From Camelus dromedarius (lineage: Eukaryota), in NCBI RefSeq assembly GCF_036321535.1, contig NC_087437.1, positions 33,792,001 to 33,856,000 on the forward strand: DNA of 64,000 nucleotides, written 5' to 3'. The notes under the pieces were generated by a model. That model did no database searches. It was not told where the DNA came from and was given only the letters and a program-made list of their open reading frames with translations. A program made the position numbers and the translations under genes. Below are positions 12,326 to 25,860 of this stretch, piece after piece; within the stretch, counting starts at the first letter, position 1, and each line of letters opens with the position of its first letter.

Positions 12326-14294
12326 CAAGTCTCATGTTTTAAATTAGACTTTCATTCTCTATTAAAGGGCATGCATTGACCTGAAATTCATAACCATCTT
12401 ATGATAGTAAATAAGCATAATTATTGTAATTCAAATTAGAAAACCAAGAACATGTTGTAATCTGGACCACATGTTTCTATCCCTGTGGTGACTGTATTTC
12501 CCAAACCAAGATCTAGGACATGTGTTATGGCAAAGAACTTCCTTTAAAAATGGTCTTAACTCTTACTTATATAATCGTTCTTATAAGACTCTAAACATTC
12601 AATCATGTTTAATGCACATTTCATAATTTTTAAAGAAAATAACACTTTTATAAATGAGTTAGAGAGTCCATGACACTGACTCATCCTATGTCTCCTCTCA
12701 TTCCTCTAAGGAATGATTTTATCTGTTGGCCTTGTTTAATCTGTAGACGGACTAGGAACAGAATGATCACTGGTTCACTTGAAAAACAGTGAAATTCTTT
12801 GCTTATAACGCTGGGATAGTAGGCATTTAAGAATCTAAATTCATATGCAGTTCAACTGGAAGCTGGAGATCGGAGCCCTAAAAATATCTCCTTGTTCTGA
12901 ACTGCATTAATGTGCTTCCAAGACTTAAACAGAAATTACAGTAGATAGTTTTCCCCCTACAGAATTGATATAAGCTAGACTTTCCCAAAACCAGATTAAA
13001 ATCCGTCTAGTAAAAATAAGGCAAATCCAATCCACATCTTTTGTGCAAATAAGTTTTCCAACTGAGTAAAAGTTTAAGGCGGCTGTTCCTGGGTAAGACA
13101 TGAAGGCTGGTGAGAAAAGAGTCTCTGGCCAGGGGGTCCCCAAGATGTAACAAGCCTTTTGAGAAATGGGATACACCTTGTAGGTGCCCCCTGCACCTTC
13201 ATCTGGGATGTTTGTGTGAGAAAGAGCTTGTACAACCAGGTATCAGGGCTTAGAAGAAGACAAGCATCAAAAGCCATAGGGAGGTTTGAGGAAGTCTTTT
13301 TCAGAAATAAAACTTGAGGGCAATTCTCCATTGTTCCTCAATCCCAGCTAGAAGGAAAAACAGAAAGTCAGACATCAGTAGTTGTGTGACTTCTTAAACT
13401 TCTGCCATTTCTCCATGTCTATTACTTATTAATCTGCTCTTTTGATAAGAAATAAAAGCAAACCCCTTAAAAGGAAATCCTGCTTCTTTTTGTCTCTTGG
13501 ACAATAGGAAAGAGAATTTGGGGAAAGTGCATCCACTGTCGTATCCTTGGTGGAGGTATGCTTGGGTGGAGAAGAATTTTAGGATAAAAAAGGAAAGAAA
13601 GACAGTAAATCCTTCAAGTTGGAGGAGAGTAAAGGATAGTAAATCCTTGAGTTTGCTAAGGAAGGAAGTCACAAGCTGAGGACATGGGAAAGAGGAGAGC
13701 CCAAGAGCTGAACATCGGGAGGTGGGTGCCTTTCCTCACATCAGTAGCCCCTCAGAGCTCACTTTCCAAGCTCCCTGACTCCACAAATGCAACAGTGCTA
13801 ACACAGCCTATAGGAGAAAACGTTTTGTATTAGCAGTTTGGTTATTAGGTCGTTCAGTCTTATTTTCTAATCCAGCCTCCCCTCCTCCATTACAACCCCA
13901 TGAAGAGCAGAAACTGCCCCATTCTCGTTCTTTACAGCTCAGTGTCGTCTATAACTTAGCACTCACAGACTTTTCATAAATATAGAAACAATACTTCTCA
14001 TGCTGCCCTTACAGCTCAATGCCATTTCCAAAAGTAATGGACAAAAGAATGTCCCCAAAGGACAAAAGAATGGGATGTGGGCAAGATGGACTGGGATAGC
14101 AAATGCCTGGTACATTTTTTAGAAAGGAATTTCTCTCTCAGACCTGAAAGTAACTTCCCAAGAGATGGAGACACAACTTTGCTCAGATGGAGAACTACTG
14201 CTTTGGTCTCTAATTTGCATTCAAGGCCCAGGTCTCGGTGTAGGATTCTTTCACAGTAGAGTCTTCAGTACAGAGTCATTTACAAAGAGAGGAG

Positions 14295-15060
14295 GATTTT
14301 TTTTTCTTTTTTTATCCCAACATTAATATTATGAAAATTTTCAAACATACAAAAAACAGAAACAAATTTCACAGTGAATGCTCATTTGCTCACCACTTGG
14401 ATTATACCATTAATATTTTACTGTGCTTGTTCTGTCACCTACACCACCATCTATGCATCCTTCTAGCCATCCGTAAACGCACTGCTTTATGCATTTCAAG
14501 ATGCAGACATCAAAACATTTCCCCCTCTAGAGGGGATAAATTTGGGAGTCTGAGATTTACAAATGTTAGCCACTATATATAAAAATAGATTTTTAAAAAG
14601 TTTCTTTTGTGTAGCACAGGGAACTATGTTCAATATCTTGTAATAACCTTTAATGTGAAAAATATGAAAACAAATATATGTATTATATACGCATGACTGG
14701 GATTTTGTGCTGTACACCAGAGATAGACACATTGTAATTGATAGTACTTCAATTAAAAAAAAAACCTAAATACTTCAGCACGTATATCATTGGCTGAAAT
14801 TGAATATTTGTTTACAGATTTTAATGTAAAATTTGCATATGATAAAATGTACAAATCTTGGATATATATCTACTGAGTATTTTAGTCTACTGAGCTTATC
14901 AAGTGTTTATATCTGTGGGATCCTAATCCCTATTAAGATACAATACTCTAGATTATATTAAATTCCATCCAGCAGGACCATCGTCCCAGAGAATTCCGTC
15001 ATGCCAGTCAATCCCTACCCACCGATCTTCCTCAGAGTCATCAACTCTTCTGATTTTTTC
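14295..15060 (-). mobile_element. Old L1MC/MD 3' end, split by a younger L1
   Basis: attatgaaaattttcaaacataca...tgcagacatc...cctaaatacttcagca...gtaaaatttgcatatgataaaatgtacaaatctt. Confidence 0.75.
14528..14764 (+). mobile_element. Young L1 3' UTR fragment with poly(A)
   Basis: ggggataaatttgggagtctgagatttacaaat...gtagcacagggaactat...gctgtacaccagagatagacacattgtaa...A10. Confidence 0.9.
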
Positions 15061-18000
15061 CTTAGATAAGAGTCTTTTTCACACTTTCCAAAGAATCATG
15101 CAAATTTTGGTTTTAGTGATGAAACTTTGCAGTCAAACTTTAGGAACATTTGACCTCAACAGAAGAAAAAATTAACATTTCTAAATGACTGATTATTGTA
15201 GATAAATGAGTCAAAGGAGAATGATTCTATTGCATAAGTCGTCTTCACCTCCTGCCCATTCATAGCTAATAGCCTGGATAAGAAGTACAGTACACATTGT
15301 CCTTGCTTGATAAATCAGCGATTTCATTTGCCTCATAATGAAGGGTCAAGGAAGAAGGTCTTCAGTTTTTGAATATGGTCCCCGTGTGATTACTGGTCTC
15401 AGAATACAGAACAAGAGAGACAGATTTTGATACTACCAGTGAGCTCTTCTTGGTCTAGTCACTCATACTCAGTATTATGGTGCCCTAGAAAAAGTGTAAA
15501 TACAAGAACAGCATCTTGCCAACTGGATAACCACTCCTGGGTGGAAGTTAAGAACCACCACGAAAGGTGCGTTTTTCTTCCAGGCTGGGCAGGAAGTTGC
15601 TGTTCCACTGTGCTCAGTAAAGGTTCCCTAATGGCTTATGAGAGTGAATTCTACTCCAAAAATGGCAACTGCCTAGAGGAAGTAGTAGCCTTCTGGCCCA
15701 TTGTTTTACAAATTAAATGGAAAGTTTCTGACCCGTCTTTACACCCACTGCATGGCTTTTTCTCTGGGGTTAATTGGTTTTGTTTTCTGATAGCTAACAG
15801 CATTTTTCCTCTTTATCCTATTGAATCCCTTTTCTTTCTAGTGTCATTTTAGCAGGTCCTTCCACACACTCTCCCACCCCCGTTCCCTTTTCCTCACATC
15901 ATTGCAAGTTTTACTCCCAACACTGAACTTGCTGCTTCTTCATGTAAATTCCCACCCCTCCCATTCTCCCCATTGCTCTCCAGTCGCCCCCTGGACTTAC
16001 TGTGCTCTTTGTTTCTCTTTCCTGCTGCTTAATGATTTTTTCCTGCTGATAAGCTGTGCTCAAAATACTGAGAGCCCTGAAGCACTTACACTACTGTTCC
16101 CTGGGCTCATTGCTCGTGGAGTGTTCCACGGCAGATGGACGTCGGACTCCAGTCATGTTCATCACGGGGCAGGTCTGCCCTGATGTGCAAATTGTATAAC
16201 ATCCCATCAGTTTTTTGGTTAATGAACCTATATGTTTCCCATTTTTATTTCCCTTTTTTTAAGTTGGAGTTTTATATTTTGGAAAATATTTTTCTGTTGG
16301 AAACTTAATTTCAGTGCCCTCTTTTGGAAGCAGAAGCAAACCCAGTGTTTATTCACTTTACACCCCAGAATCAAGGTTTTTGTTGTCATTGTTGTTGTTG
16401 TTGTGATTAATGCTGGAAGAGTGGAATCATAATAACATTGCTGACATTTGTTACGGCATCCTTCTTTGTAAATGCAGTCTCATGCATTGTCCCATTTGAG
16501 TCTAACAGCAATCCTAGCCATTATTTTCATGAGTCTCACTTTAAGTCAAAAATGTCTGCAGGCATTACAGTGAGGGAGTGCCTCAGAACAGCTACACTAA
16601 GTCAGATCAGAAGCTCACCAGGAGAATACCTCTTTTTATAAGCCTAATGCAAAATTTGCCTGGCTCCTTCCCCGCTGGGTTTTCCTCTTCTGGATCAGCA
16701 GTTAGAATACAAAGCTTCCTATGAGGCTGGAATCTTTTTTAAACACCCTGCAGTGGTCAGGAAGTGGCTCCTACAATAATTCATCAGACACCAGTACATT
16801 GTATGCTGGGACATTTAGCCATGCCAACAGCCATCATGAATATACAGGCATTCCACTCTTGACCCTGAGTGTCTGCTCCTACAAAAAGTGTATGTAGATC
16901 AAATTACTGCACATGAAATCATATTGTAAAACACCCCAGGGTAATTTGCTATTTAAAGAAATCCTGTAGTTTACCTTTGTATAAAGAATTCTTTCATGAT
17001 GCAAATAACCCATATTTTATTTGTAAATTTAAGACTTTAGGTATGAGTTTGCATTAAGTGAAGGACACATCCATTTTAATGGATAAGTAGATGGTGATCT
17101 GAGACACACTTTTCTGAACCGCCCAGGGGATCCCAGCCAATGTTCAGTGAAACAAAGGGACAAATTAGTCCCTCTGGAACAATAGAATTCTGCCATTATT
17201 CTTAATATGAGTTGATATGAGAATAGGAGGTCCTTTCCCCTCTCCCACAGTGGTTTTACCTTTCCCAATAATTGTTTCCTCAGAGTAAACCTGAGCTTTA
17301 TATTTGTGAAAAGCACAAGGCATTCTCTTCTAACAAACCACATGAGCATCAGATACCCTTGAACTATGCATACAAGGGTACACAAGTGCTTTCCCTGCAT
17401 TTCCTGAGACGAGCTTCAAAATGTTACCTGTGGTCTCTGAATGCTCCTTAAGCAGGCTTTGCCTTTCCTAATTTATGACCTTGGAATCAACTCTAAATTC
17501 CCTCAATCCTTTGCTCCCATTTCTAGTTTGCTGACAGACAACCTCCATGCCCTTGGATTATATATTTCCTCTCCGTTTTCATCAACTTATGCCATATTCC
17601 ACTTTCATTGGAGAATTTTCTAAGTACTAACAAGCACTCAGCATCCTTGCTGAGAAAGGAGTTTATAAAATGTTCACTGCTGAGGAAAGTGTAGGGTGAG
17701 GGGAAATTCTGTCACAGGGGTTATCCCGTCTCCAGCGTAGGCAAGAGTGCTTCCCAGGGAGCCGGCCTCGAGAGCTTTAGCGCCACTCTTCTTCGGAAAG
17801 GGAGGAACTCAGCGATTGTCCGTAGTTGTGTACAGAAACGACTGAGGAGAGAGTAAATCTGTCTCAGCTACCAGGATCCTTTGTAGCTATGCTACCTGAG
17901 TCCTATGGAAAAATAGATCAAGACACAGAGACCTTGAATGTGCAGCCATTAGGAGATTTTGTTGGCTACGTCAAGTTGCACCCCAAGCCATGAGAGGTAC

Positions 18001-18758
18001 GTGTTACCGTAGTCCATGTCCAGGGAAGTCCTCCAGGAAGATTTCATAAGCTCCCAGCTTGCAGTAACTTCATAAGTTTGCTTCCAGCTTCTCTCCTACC
18101 AAACGCAACCACAAAGGAGAAGAGATGGAAATTATATAAAAGAGAGACAAAATTAATGAACTCGGTATACAAATGCTGCACTTTTTACAGCATTAAATGG
18201 GATAGGAGATACAGATAGGAGATCTCTCTGGGACCTCAACCCATCCTTTGCTGTTGTAGCTAGACCATAGCCCAAATCCTTCCGTCCACATGCCACACCT
18301 TTAAAATGCTAAATTCTAGATATGATAAAATGTATAGGAAAAGATAAACATTTTTCACCTTTTCCATGATGCCTTTATTTGGGAGGGGTATGGTTTGTAA
18401 CTGGGTTAGAGAGCTTTACACATGTTTGTTTTAATAGTAAGATTATAACTCAGTTCGGAGGGAAAAGAAGAAAGGGGCTGTTATCACACAGGTGCCGTTC
18501 TTAAGATAATGCCAGCTCCCTGGCAGCAAGTTGGGAGTCCGGGAGCCTGCAAAGCAAAGGTCTTCAGTCCCATTTGAGTTTATTGCTTCAGTTCCTTTAA
18601 TATTAAACTCCCATGTGATTAATATTTAATCCTCAAATTACATCTCCACAATTCTCACTATAGAAACTTGAAGGCTGCTACAATGTTATATCAGGAGAAT
18701 GGAGTTATAAGTTCATTTTTTTCTTTATACATCTCTATTGTTTTAAAATTTCCACAAG

Positions 18759-18867
18759 CAGGTGGCATATGCTACCTATATAATTATATGTAATTATACC
18801 TTTATTTATATATAAATACTTAGTATACTTATATTTACAAATATATATGGGTAGCACATGCTACCTG
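18759..18867. repeat. 109-bp imperfect palindrome with 24-bp inverted arms and an AT-rich core
   Basis: CAGGTGGCATATGCTACCTATATA (18759-18782) and TATATGGGTAGCACATGCTACCTG (18844-18867) are 21/24 reverse-complementary. A perfect palindrome TATTTATATATAAATA lies at 18803-18818. Confidence 0.9.
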
Positions 18868-19189
18868 TATACTTCTTTTAAATTAAAAATTTTGAAAGGA
18901 AAAGCAGTGACTCCCTATTACATACCAAAATCCAAATTTCTTCCTCATTGTAACTCATCATATACACTTCTTTTTACGTATCACTGTTAGATTTCTATCT
19001 CAACAAAGCACTTTCTGTTCTCTGCCATTCCCATCTTCCCCCCTACTTGGTATGTAACACTTACTCCTATCTCCTTTAAGCCTCCCATATTTCACCGCTG
19101 AATCTCACAATTCACCTTCTTCAACCAATCTTCCCTTATCAGGCCCAAAATTCACTTTGCCAAACTTCTGTACTCTGCACTCGCACATA

Positions 19190-19770
19190 CTTGCTTTTTT
19201 GATGTAAAGATTTCAGTAAGGTATAATGCTCAAACGAACAAGTGCATAGTAAGTCCTAAGGGTACAGCTAAATGAAACTTCACAAAGTGAAACTCAGATC
19301 AAGAAACAGAGCACCATCAGCAACCCAGAAGCTTTTCATCATGCCCCATTCCAGTGACCTCTCTGCCACCTCCACCCAGAGGAACCACCCTCTCGAATTT
19401 TAACACAGAGATTATTTTCGCCTGTACAGTGTATGCTCTTCTATGTCTGGCATCTTTCATCCAACATTGTAATTTTAAGATTAATTCATGTTGTTCCATA
19501 TGGCAATACTTTGTTCATTTTCGTGGCGCTGTAGTATTTTATTGAACAGTTTTCCTATCCATTTGAAAGTTGATGGACATTTGTTTTACTTCCTTTGGGG
19601 CTGTTATGAATAGTGCTGCCATGAATGCTCTTACACATGTCTTTTGGAGAACAGAAAGGTATATCTTTTAGGTATATCTAGGAATCGTATTGCTGGATCA
19701 TATAAGGACGCATCTCAGTTTTAATAGATAATTCCAAATAATTTTCCAAACGTGCTATGTTGCTTTTTAA
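19190..19770 (-). mobile_element. Old L1ME/MC 3' end
   Basis: aagggtacagctaaatgaaacttcacaaagtgaa...cagatcaagaaacagagcacc...gatggacatttg...gctgttatgaatagtgctgccatgaa. Confidence 0.85.
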
Positions 19771-20889
19771 ATTCTCTCAAGCTGGAGTTCCCTGCTGAGC
19801 AGCTATGATTAGGCAGTCAGTGTGGACACCCAGCCTGGTGGACAGCCACGTCACCCCTGACTCCCCATACTCGGCCCGTGGGGAGGTACCACCCACTCAC
19901 ATCTTTGCAAGTTTCTTCAGGGTGTGTAAGGGCTGGCATAGCTTACTTCACCTCATCAACCCTTGCCAATGAAAAACAACTCATTTCTGTCCATGTGATG
20001 TACTCATAACCAGCCATAAACCTCTTGAGAGCAAGAATTTTTCACTATTTAAGTTTTTAGAATTTCTCCTCAACTCATCCACCCTACTCTCCACCTCCCT
20101 TGAAGAACGGGGCTTAAGACATTTATAATATGATATGAACACCTGACTCAGGACTGCTGCCTTGGGCATTGGTGTGCCCCCACCCCTCTAGCAGCCCATT
20201 TTCCTGTCGCCTGCCGTGGAGACCTTATGAGTCTGTCCTTTTCTCCTCCTTTCTCCTCTTCTCCACAAGGAGAGACAACAGTTACGGATGCAGATGGACC
20301 ATACTGGTTAAATGTCTTTACCCTGGGGGGGGGGGGGGCCTCTTCAGTGTCACGTGGGCTCGTAAGTTCTGTTAACACTAATAGTTGTTAGGTGTTTTTA
20401 TGGCGGATACAGGCCTCTATGGTTTATAAGGAAAAACTGAAGTGTACCCTCCTTAAGATGCATTTTTTTCTTCCCTTCATTTTAGGCTTTAAACAAAGTG
20501 GGATAGAAAGTCCTGTTTGATGAAATGATACAGTATTATGTGGTTACAGTAAGTGCATGTAATGTACAGCACTTCTGCTCCCAACATTCTTCACATGCCT
20601 CATATAATGAGCATCTTACTATTAAAATTCTCGCTAGTAGAATTCACAGTAGGGTAACCACTTCCTTTAGATATATCAGGGCAAGCATGACTGAGAGGCT
20701 TTTGCATTCTATTTTGCTGGAAGTAATTCTTATTTACTAAATAAATAGAAAAATTCTCTCCAAAGTAATACATTTTCTAGAGATTACATACTATTTAAGG
20801 GGATAAACGGATTTTCCATTCTAATATTTTTCTTCCTAGAGGAACACACTGGAACGTGGAATTTATTTAAGTTGGAGTTAGGGTAGCCT

Positions 20890-21040
20890 TAACACACTTG
20901 AGACTGGGCTGGACACTTGTGCTGTGACTTTGGGCAAACTTCTGAACCTCTCTGTTTCTCAGTTTCCTCCCAGGGCACCAATGGGGATGTTATTCATCCC
21001 GTTTCATTTCACAAAGTGTTGGAAGGATTACAAATAATGC
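20890..21040 (+). mobile_element. MIR SINE
   Basis: Core tgtgactttgggcaaacttctgaacctctctgtttctcagtttcctc. Confidence 0.8.
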
Positions 21041-21059
21041 TGTAATGAACATTTTCATG

Positions 21060-21515
21060 CACATTTATTCATGTAATAAATATTTACTGAGCACCTACCA
21101 CGGACCAGGTTTGTTCTAGATTCCAAGGACACTGTAGTGAACAAAAACAAATCAGACCCCTGCCTTTATGAACTTACATTCCATAAGTAACTAAAATGTA
21201 TATTATGTTAAGGATAAGTGCTAAGGTGAAAAAAAATGAAGGTGGAAAAGGGGAGAGAGAATGCAGAAGCCAGGATGACCTCAGTGAGAAGCTGACATGC
21301 AGGTAAAAACTGGAAGGAGATGAAGAAGGAGCCGTGGACGTACCTTGTGGAAGAGCGAGGCAGGCAGAGGAAACAGCAAGTGCAAAGGCCCTGATGTAGG
21401 GATGTGCCCAGGATGGTCTAGGAACAAGGAGGCCAGCACAGCAGAGGCAGACTGAGGGAGAGGAAGAATAGGAGAAAACAGCACGAGAGAGTAATCAGGA
21501 GCAGATCACAGAGGC
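21060..21515 (-). mobile_element. L2 3' region
   Basis: aaatatttactgagcacctac...gtgaacaaaaacaaa...ggcagaggaaacagcaagtgcaaaggccctga. Confidence 0.9.
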
Positions 21516-21529
21516 CGTGTGTGCATGAG

Positions 21530-23520
21530 CGCACATGTGAGAGTTCCTTCAGGGTGCGTTACCCAGGAGTGGTACTGCCTGCGTCTGTAAGATAGGGGCG
21601 CCTGCCGTCCTGCTTGATATTGCCAAGTTGCTCCTCAGTTCACAATTTCACACTTTCGTGAGCTTTTATTTGAGTTCCTGTTGTTCTCTATCATTCCAGT
21701 TCTTGTTATTTTCAGTCTTTGAAATCTTTGGTCATTTGGCAGATAGGCAATGTTATCTATTGTAGTTTCAATGGGTATATCCTTCATTACTAGTGAGTTT
21801 GAAGATCTTTTCATCTGCTTATTGGTCATTCCAGATTTCTCCTTTTGTAAATTTTGTTCATCTTTTAATTTCCTATTATGTTGCTTGTTTTTTCCTATTG
21901 ACATCGAGTACCTTCTATGTTCTGCGTATCAATTCTTGTCAGTTAAATACGCTGCTGCTCTATTCTCCATGCCTGTGGCTTCTCTCCTTTGTTCCTATGG
22001 TGTTTGTTAATGCATAGAAGTTTTAAATTTTAATGTATTCACATTTGCCAGTCTCTTCCTTTATGGTTTATGCTTTTTGTCTTCTTTAAGAAATCCTTTT
22101 CTGCCTACAAGATACCTGTTACCTCTATAGTTTCTCCTAAAGATCTAAAATTTTAGTTTTTACATTTAAAAATTATCTCTCCCTGGAATGGTATGAAATA
22201 GAGATTTTTTTTTCTTTTGCCACATGGCTAACCAAGTCCCAGTCCCACTTTTCTCTTTAGATGAAAATGGCAGGTTTATAATTTCTTAAGTTTCCGTATA
22301 TGTGTGGGTAACTTCTGGATTCTTTAACCTCTGCATTGGTCAAATTTTCTTTCTCTCCAACAGTACCATGTTATCTTAGTTGCTACAGCTTTATAATAAA
22401 TGTCGAGATATATATTTGCACAGGTGAACAATTTTCCCCACCTTGTTTTTCATATTCTTTTTTTAGGTATATATATATACTTGTATTGACGTATAGTCAG
22501 TTTACAACATTGTGTCAATTTCTGGTGTACAGCATAATGCTTCAGTCATACATGAACATACATATATTCATTTTCATATTCTTTTCACCATGTCACTACA
22601 AGATATTGAATATAGTTCTCTGTGCTATACAGTATGAAGGAAACATATTCTTGACCCACTGCTCTCTTATGAAAAATTTTTTTGTATTTTATCAAGTTCC
22701 ATGGGAATATCTCTTGGAATTTTTATTGGAATTGCATTGAATTTAAGGGTATTTATGTCTTTATAATATTGAGTCTACTTATTACAGATGTGGCATATCT
22801 TTCATTTATTTAGGTATTTTGTAATATCATTCATTAAAAGTTTGTTATTTTCAACATATAATTCATACACATCTTTTGCTGGATTTGTTCTTAGGAGACA
22901 TCTTTTGCTGTTAATTGTAAATGGTGCTTCTTTTTATATGTTTGAATATTGTCATTGTCTCTTCCTGGTGAATAAGGAGTGCAATTTTATTCCATTGATC
23001 TAATATCCAACAAGCCTGCAGGACTCTCTTATTAATCCTAATAATTTTACTGTATGTGCTCTTGGGTTTTCTATGTACAAAATTGTATTACCTGAGAATA
23101 AGAACAATTTTATTTCTTCCTTTGTGACTCCTATACATTTTATTTCTTTATCTCATCCTAATCCACTGACTAGGCCCTCAGTATAATCTTGAGGCAGAGA
23201 TGAGGGCATTTTTGTTCCATTCCTAATTTTAAAAAGAATGAGTCTAACATTTCACCAGTAATGTACTTACTGTGGAGGCTTTTTATTGATATCTTTCATA
23301 AGCTTAATGAAATTCCTTTCTGTTATTAGTTCACTAAGAATTTTTATCATGAATGGATACTGAATTTTATCAAATGCCTCTTCTGCTTTTATTGAGACAA
23401 GCATACGATTTTACTTCCTAAATTTGATAAATTTTATTGGTGAATTTTTCAATTGTCATGATGCTTTTTCTAACAGGTTGCCAGAAATGATTTATTACTA
23501 TTTTGTGGTCATTTTCTTTT
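21530..23520 (-). mobile_element. Old L1M ORF2 remnant
   Basis: Minus ORF 21635-21904 contains a degenerate NKQMKRSSNSLVMKDIPIETT (L1 ORF2 C-terminal motif); ggaattttattggaattgcattgaattt is also present. Confidence 0.85.
22460..22643 (-). mobile_element. Young L1 3' end nested in old L1
   Basis: gtatagtcagtttacaacattgtgtcaatttctggtgtacagc; TSD catattctt at 22451-22459 and 22644-22652. Confidence 0.9.
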
Positions 23521-24112
23521 TAATACTCCATGCTTTTGAGTAAAAAAATTTTGAGAAAATTTTTGAGAAATTTGAGGGGAAAAAAATGTGTTACGAGTCA
23601 CTCATCTCAAAGTGTGACTATCATAAAATTCCAGAGAAAAGATGCTGGTTACTCAAAGGAATTTAGAAAAAGGACATTTGTCTGAGTCTTCACATTATTG
23701 ACAACTCCGTTTTAGTGTATAGATGAACAGTAGGATTGGAATGAGGCAACTATATCACACCATTATGGAAAATAGATGATTTGTCCTCATGAGTTGGCAG
23801 CAGGTCTATTTAGTGGGAGGTACAACTTTTTGAATAGACTTATTCACTGTCGTACCTTGAAGGCAGCTAGAAAGGAGACCGAATCTCATCCCTTTGCAGT
23901 GATTCCTGCATTAGCTGTCCTTCACTGTGGAGGACCAGATGAACAGCAGAATTCTCCATAGAAAATCCTGGATTTTCCCAACAACAGTTAAAATTTTGCA
24001 AAAAAGTCACCAGTAAGTACTGTTCATTTGAGAAAGAGGTGTTTGGAGCAAAATATTTAAGCAACTTTTCACATGAATAATAAAGATAAAAAGTTTTACC
24101 TAATATTTAGAG

Positions 24113-24280
24113 CAGCGCTTCTCAATATTTAATGAGCATGTGAATCACTGAGAGTTCTGGTTAAAGTGAACATTCTGCTTCCATAGATGGGTGGGGGAGG
24201 GTAAGTGCTGAGATTCCACCCAACAGACTCTCAGATGATACTGATGCTGTCAATGTACCTCACTTTAAGAGACAAGGACC
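24113..24280. mobile_element. MER5-like hAT-Charlie MITE
   Basis: cagcgcttctcaa...gaatcac...ctgagattcc...aacagactctcagatgatactgatgctg. Confidence 0.75.
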
Positions 24281-24321
24281 TAAGTGACTAGGCAAAATGG
24301 GTTATATTTGAATAATCTAGA

Positions 24322-25158
24322 TCTGGGCTATTTATATGTAATACAATAGCCACCAGTCACAAGTGGTGATTGAGCAACTGAAATAAGGCTAATCCAAGTG
24401 GAGATGTGCTGTGGCTATAAAATACACGCTGAATTTTGATGACTTAGTAAGAAAAAAGTATATAAAATAAGTCATTAATTTTTAAAATTTTGGTTAAATG
24501 AACATACTGGGTTAACTAAAATATATTACTAAAATTAATCTCACCTTTTTTTTTTTTACTGTTCAATGTGACCACTAGAAAATTTTCAAGTCCATATGCA
24601 GCTCATATTTGTGGCTCACCTTGTTTCATGTTTATTTCCTACTGCTGCTATAATAAATTATCACAAAGTTAGTGGCTTAAAACAAATTTACCATTTTTCA
24701 GTTCTGAAGGGCAGAAGTCCTAAAAGCAAGATGTCAACAGGGATCTAAGAAACACTGTTTCCTGGCCTTGTCTAGCTTCTGAAGGTCACCTGCATTCCTT
24801 GGTTTATGGTCCCTGCCTCCACCTTCAAAGCCAGCAGCATGGTACCTTCAAATCTCTCTCTCTCTCTTCCTCTCTCTTTTCCCCTCCCCACTCCGGTCTC
24901 ACATACACGTGCTTCTGTCATCACATCTCCTTCTCTCATTTGAATTCTACCTCCTTCTTTACAAGGACCGATGCGATGACACTGGGTCCACCTAGATAAT
25001 CCAGGATAACCTCCCATCTCAAGTGCCTTAACTTACTCACATTTGCAGTGGGATTCTTTTTGCCAAGTAAAATATTCACTGATTCCAGGGATTAGGATGT
25101 GGCCATCTTGATGTGGGAACATCATTTTCTCTGCTACGGTTTCCACTGAACAGCACTG
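24322..25158. mobile_element. MER33-like hAT-Charlie MITE interrupted by an MLT1 LTR
   Basis: tagccaccagtcacaagtgg...gagatgtgctgt...aaaatacac...gacttagta...aatgtgaccactagaaaatttt; the terminus tttccactgaacagcactg resumes at about 25139-25158. Confidence 0.8.
24628..25138 (-). mobile_element. MaLR LTR, MLT1D-like
   Basis: tgctgctataataaattatcacaaagttagtggcttaaaacaa...ttcaaagccagcagc...gataatccaggataacctcccatctcaag...ccagggattaggatgtgg. Confidence 0.9.
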
Positions 25159-25574
25159 ATCGAGATAATCCATTAGTTTTGCCAGTTGTATACCTTAATC
25201 ACTATGCAAATAGAGTCAGGAATACGAAATAAGGGATTTAGTTACTTCGTTATCACAATGCTAAACATCAAAAAACCGAAATTTATTTTGGGGTGGAGTA
25301 CTTCTGATTTTGGCACAGATTCAGTGTTCATCTAAACAGGTTTTGTGGTTGAAAATATTAGCAAAAAATGGAAATTCCTGGATTCTCCTTCTAATTCAAG
25401 AGATTTCTGTGGCCCTCACTTAATTCCCCCTATTAATTGACAGATGATTGATGAAGATAAAGGATAAACTCTGGAGAAATGGGTTAAAATCCAGTAGTAT
25501 TGTAATATGAAAGATTTAGAGTATTTGGGGGCTGCTTTGTGGGCTGCTTTGTGGGCTGATAAGTTTCTTCATAA

Positions 25575-25860
25575 ATGTATTTTCCAAGTATTTGGGAGGC
25601 ACTGCTATATGTAAGGCATTGTCAGAAGACTGGAATGTGTCTCAACTCTATGAGCTCACAGTCTAGCAAGGAAATAAGTCATGAACAGCAGTGGTCGTCA
25701 TCCCAGATAGGAAATAAGTATCACCTGCCGTGGTGGTGCTAATAAGGATTTAAGAGGGAGGAGTAACAGCTGGTAAGGTTCTCTTAGCTCAAAATGATCA
25801 GGGAAGATCTCTTGGAAGAAGTAGACTATGGCCTGGGTCTTTAAGAATGGAAATGAATCT
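25575..25860 (-). mobile_element. L2 fragment
   Basis: caagtatttggga...gagctcacagtctagcaagg...atcagggaagatctcttggaagaag...ctgggtctttaagaatg. Confidence 0.6.
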
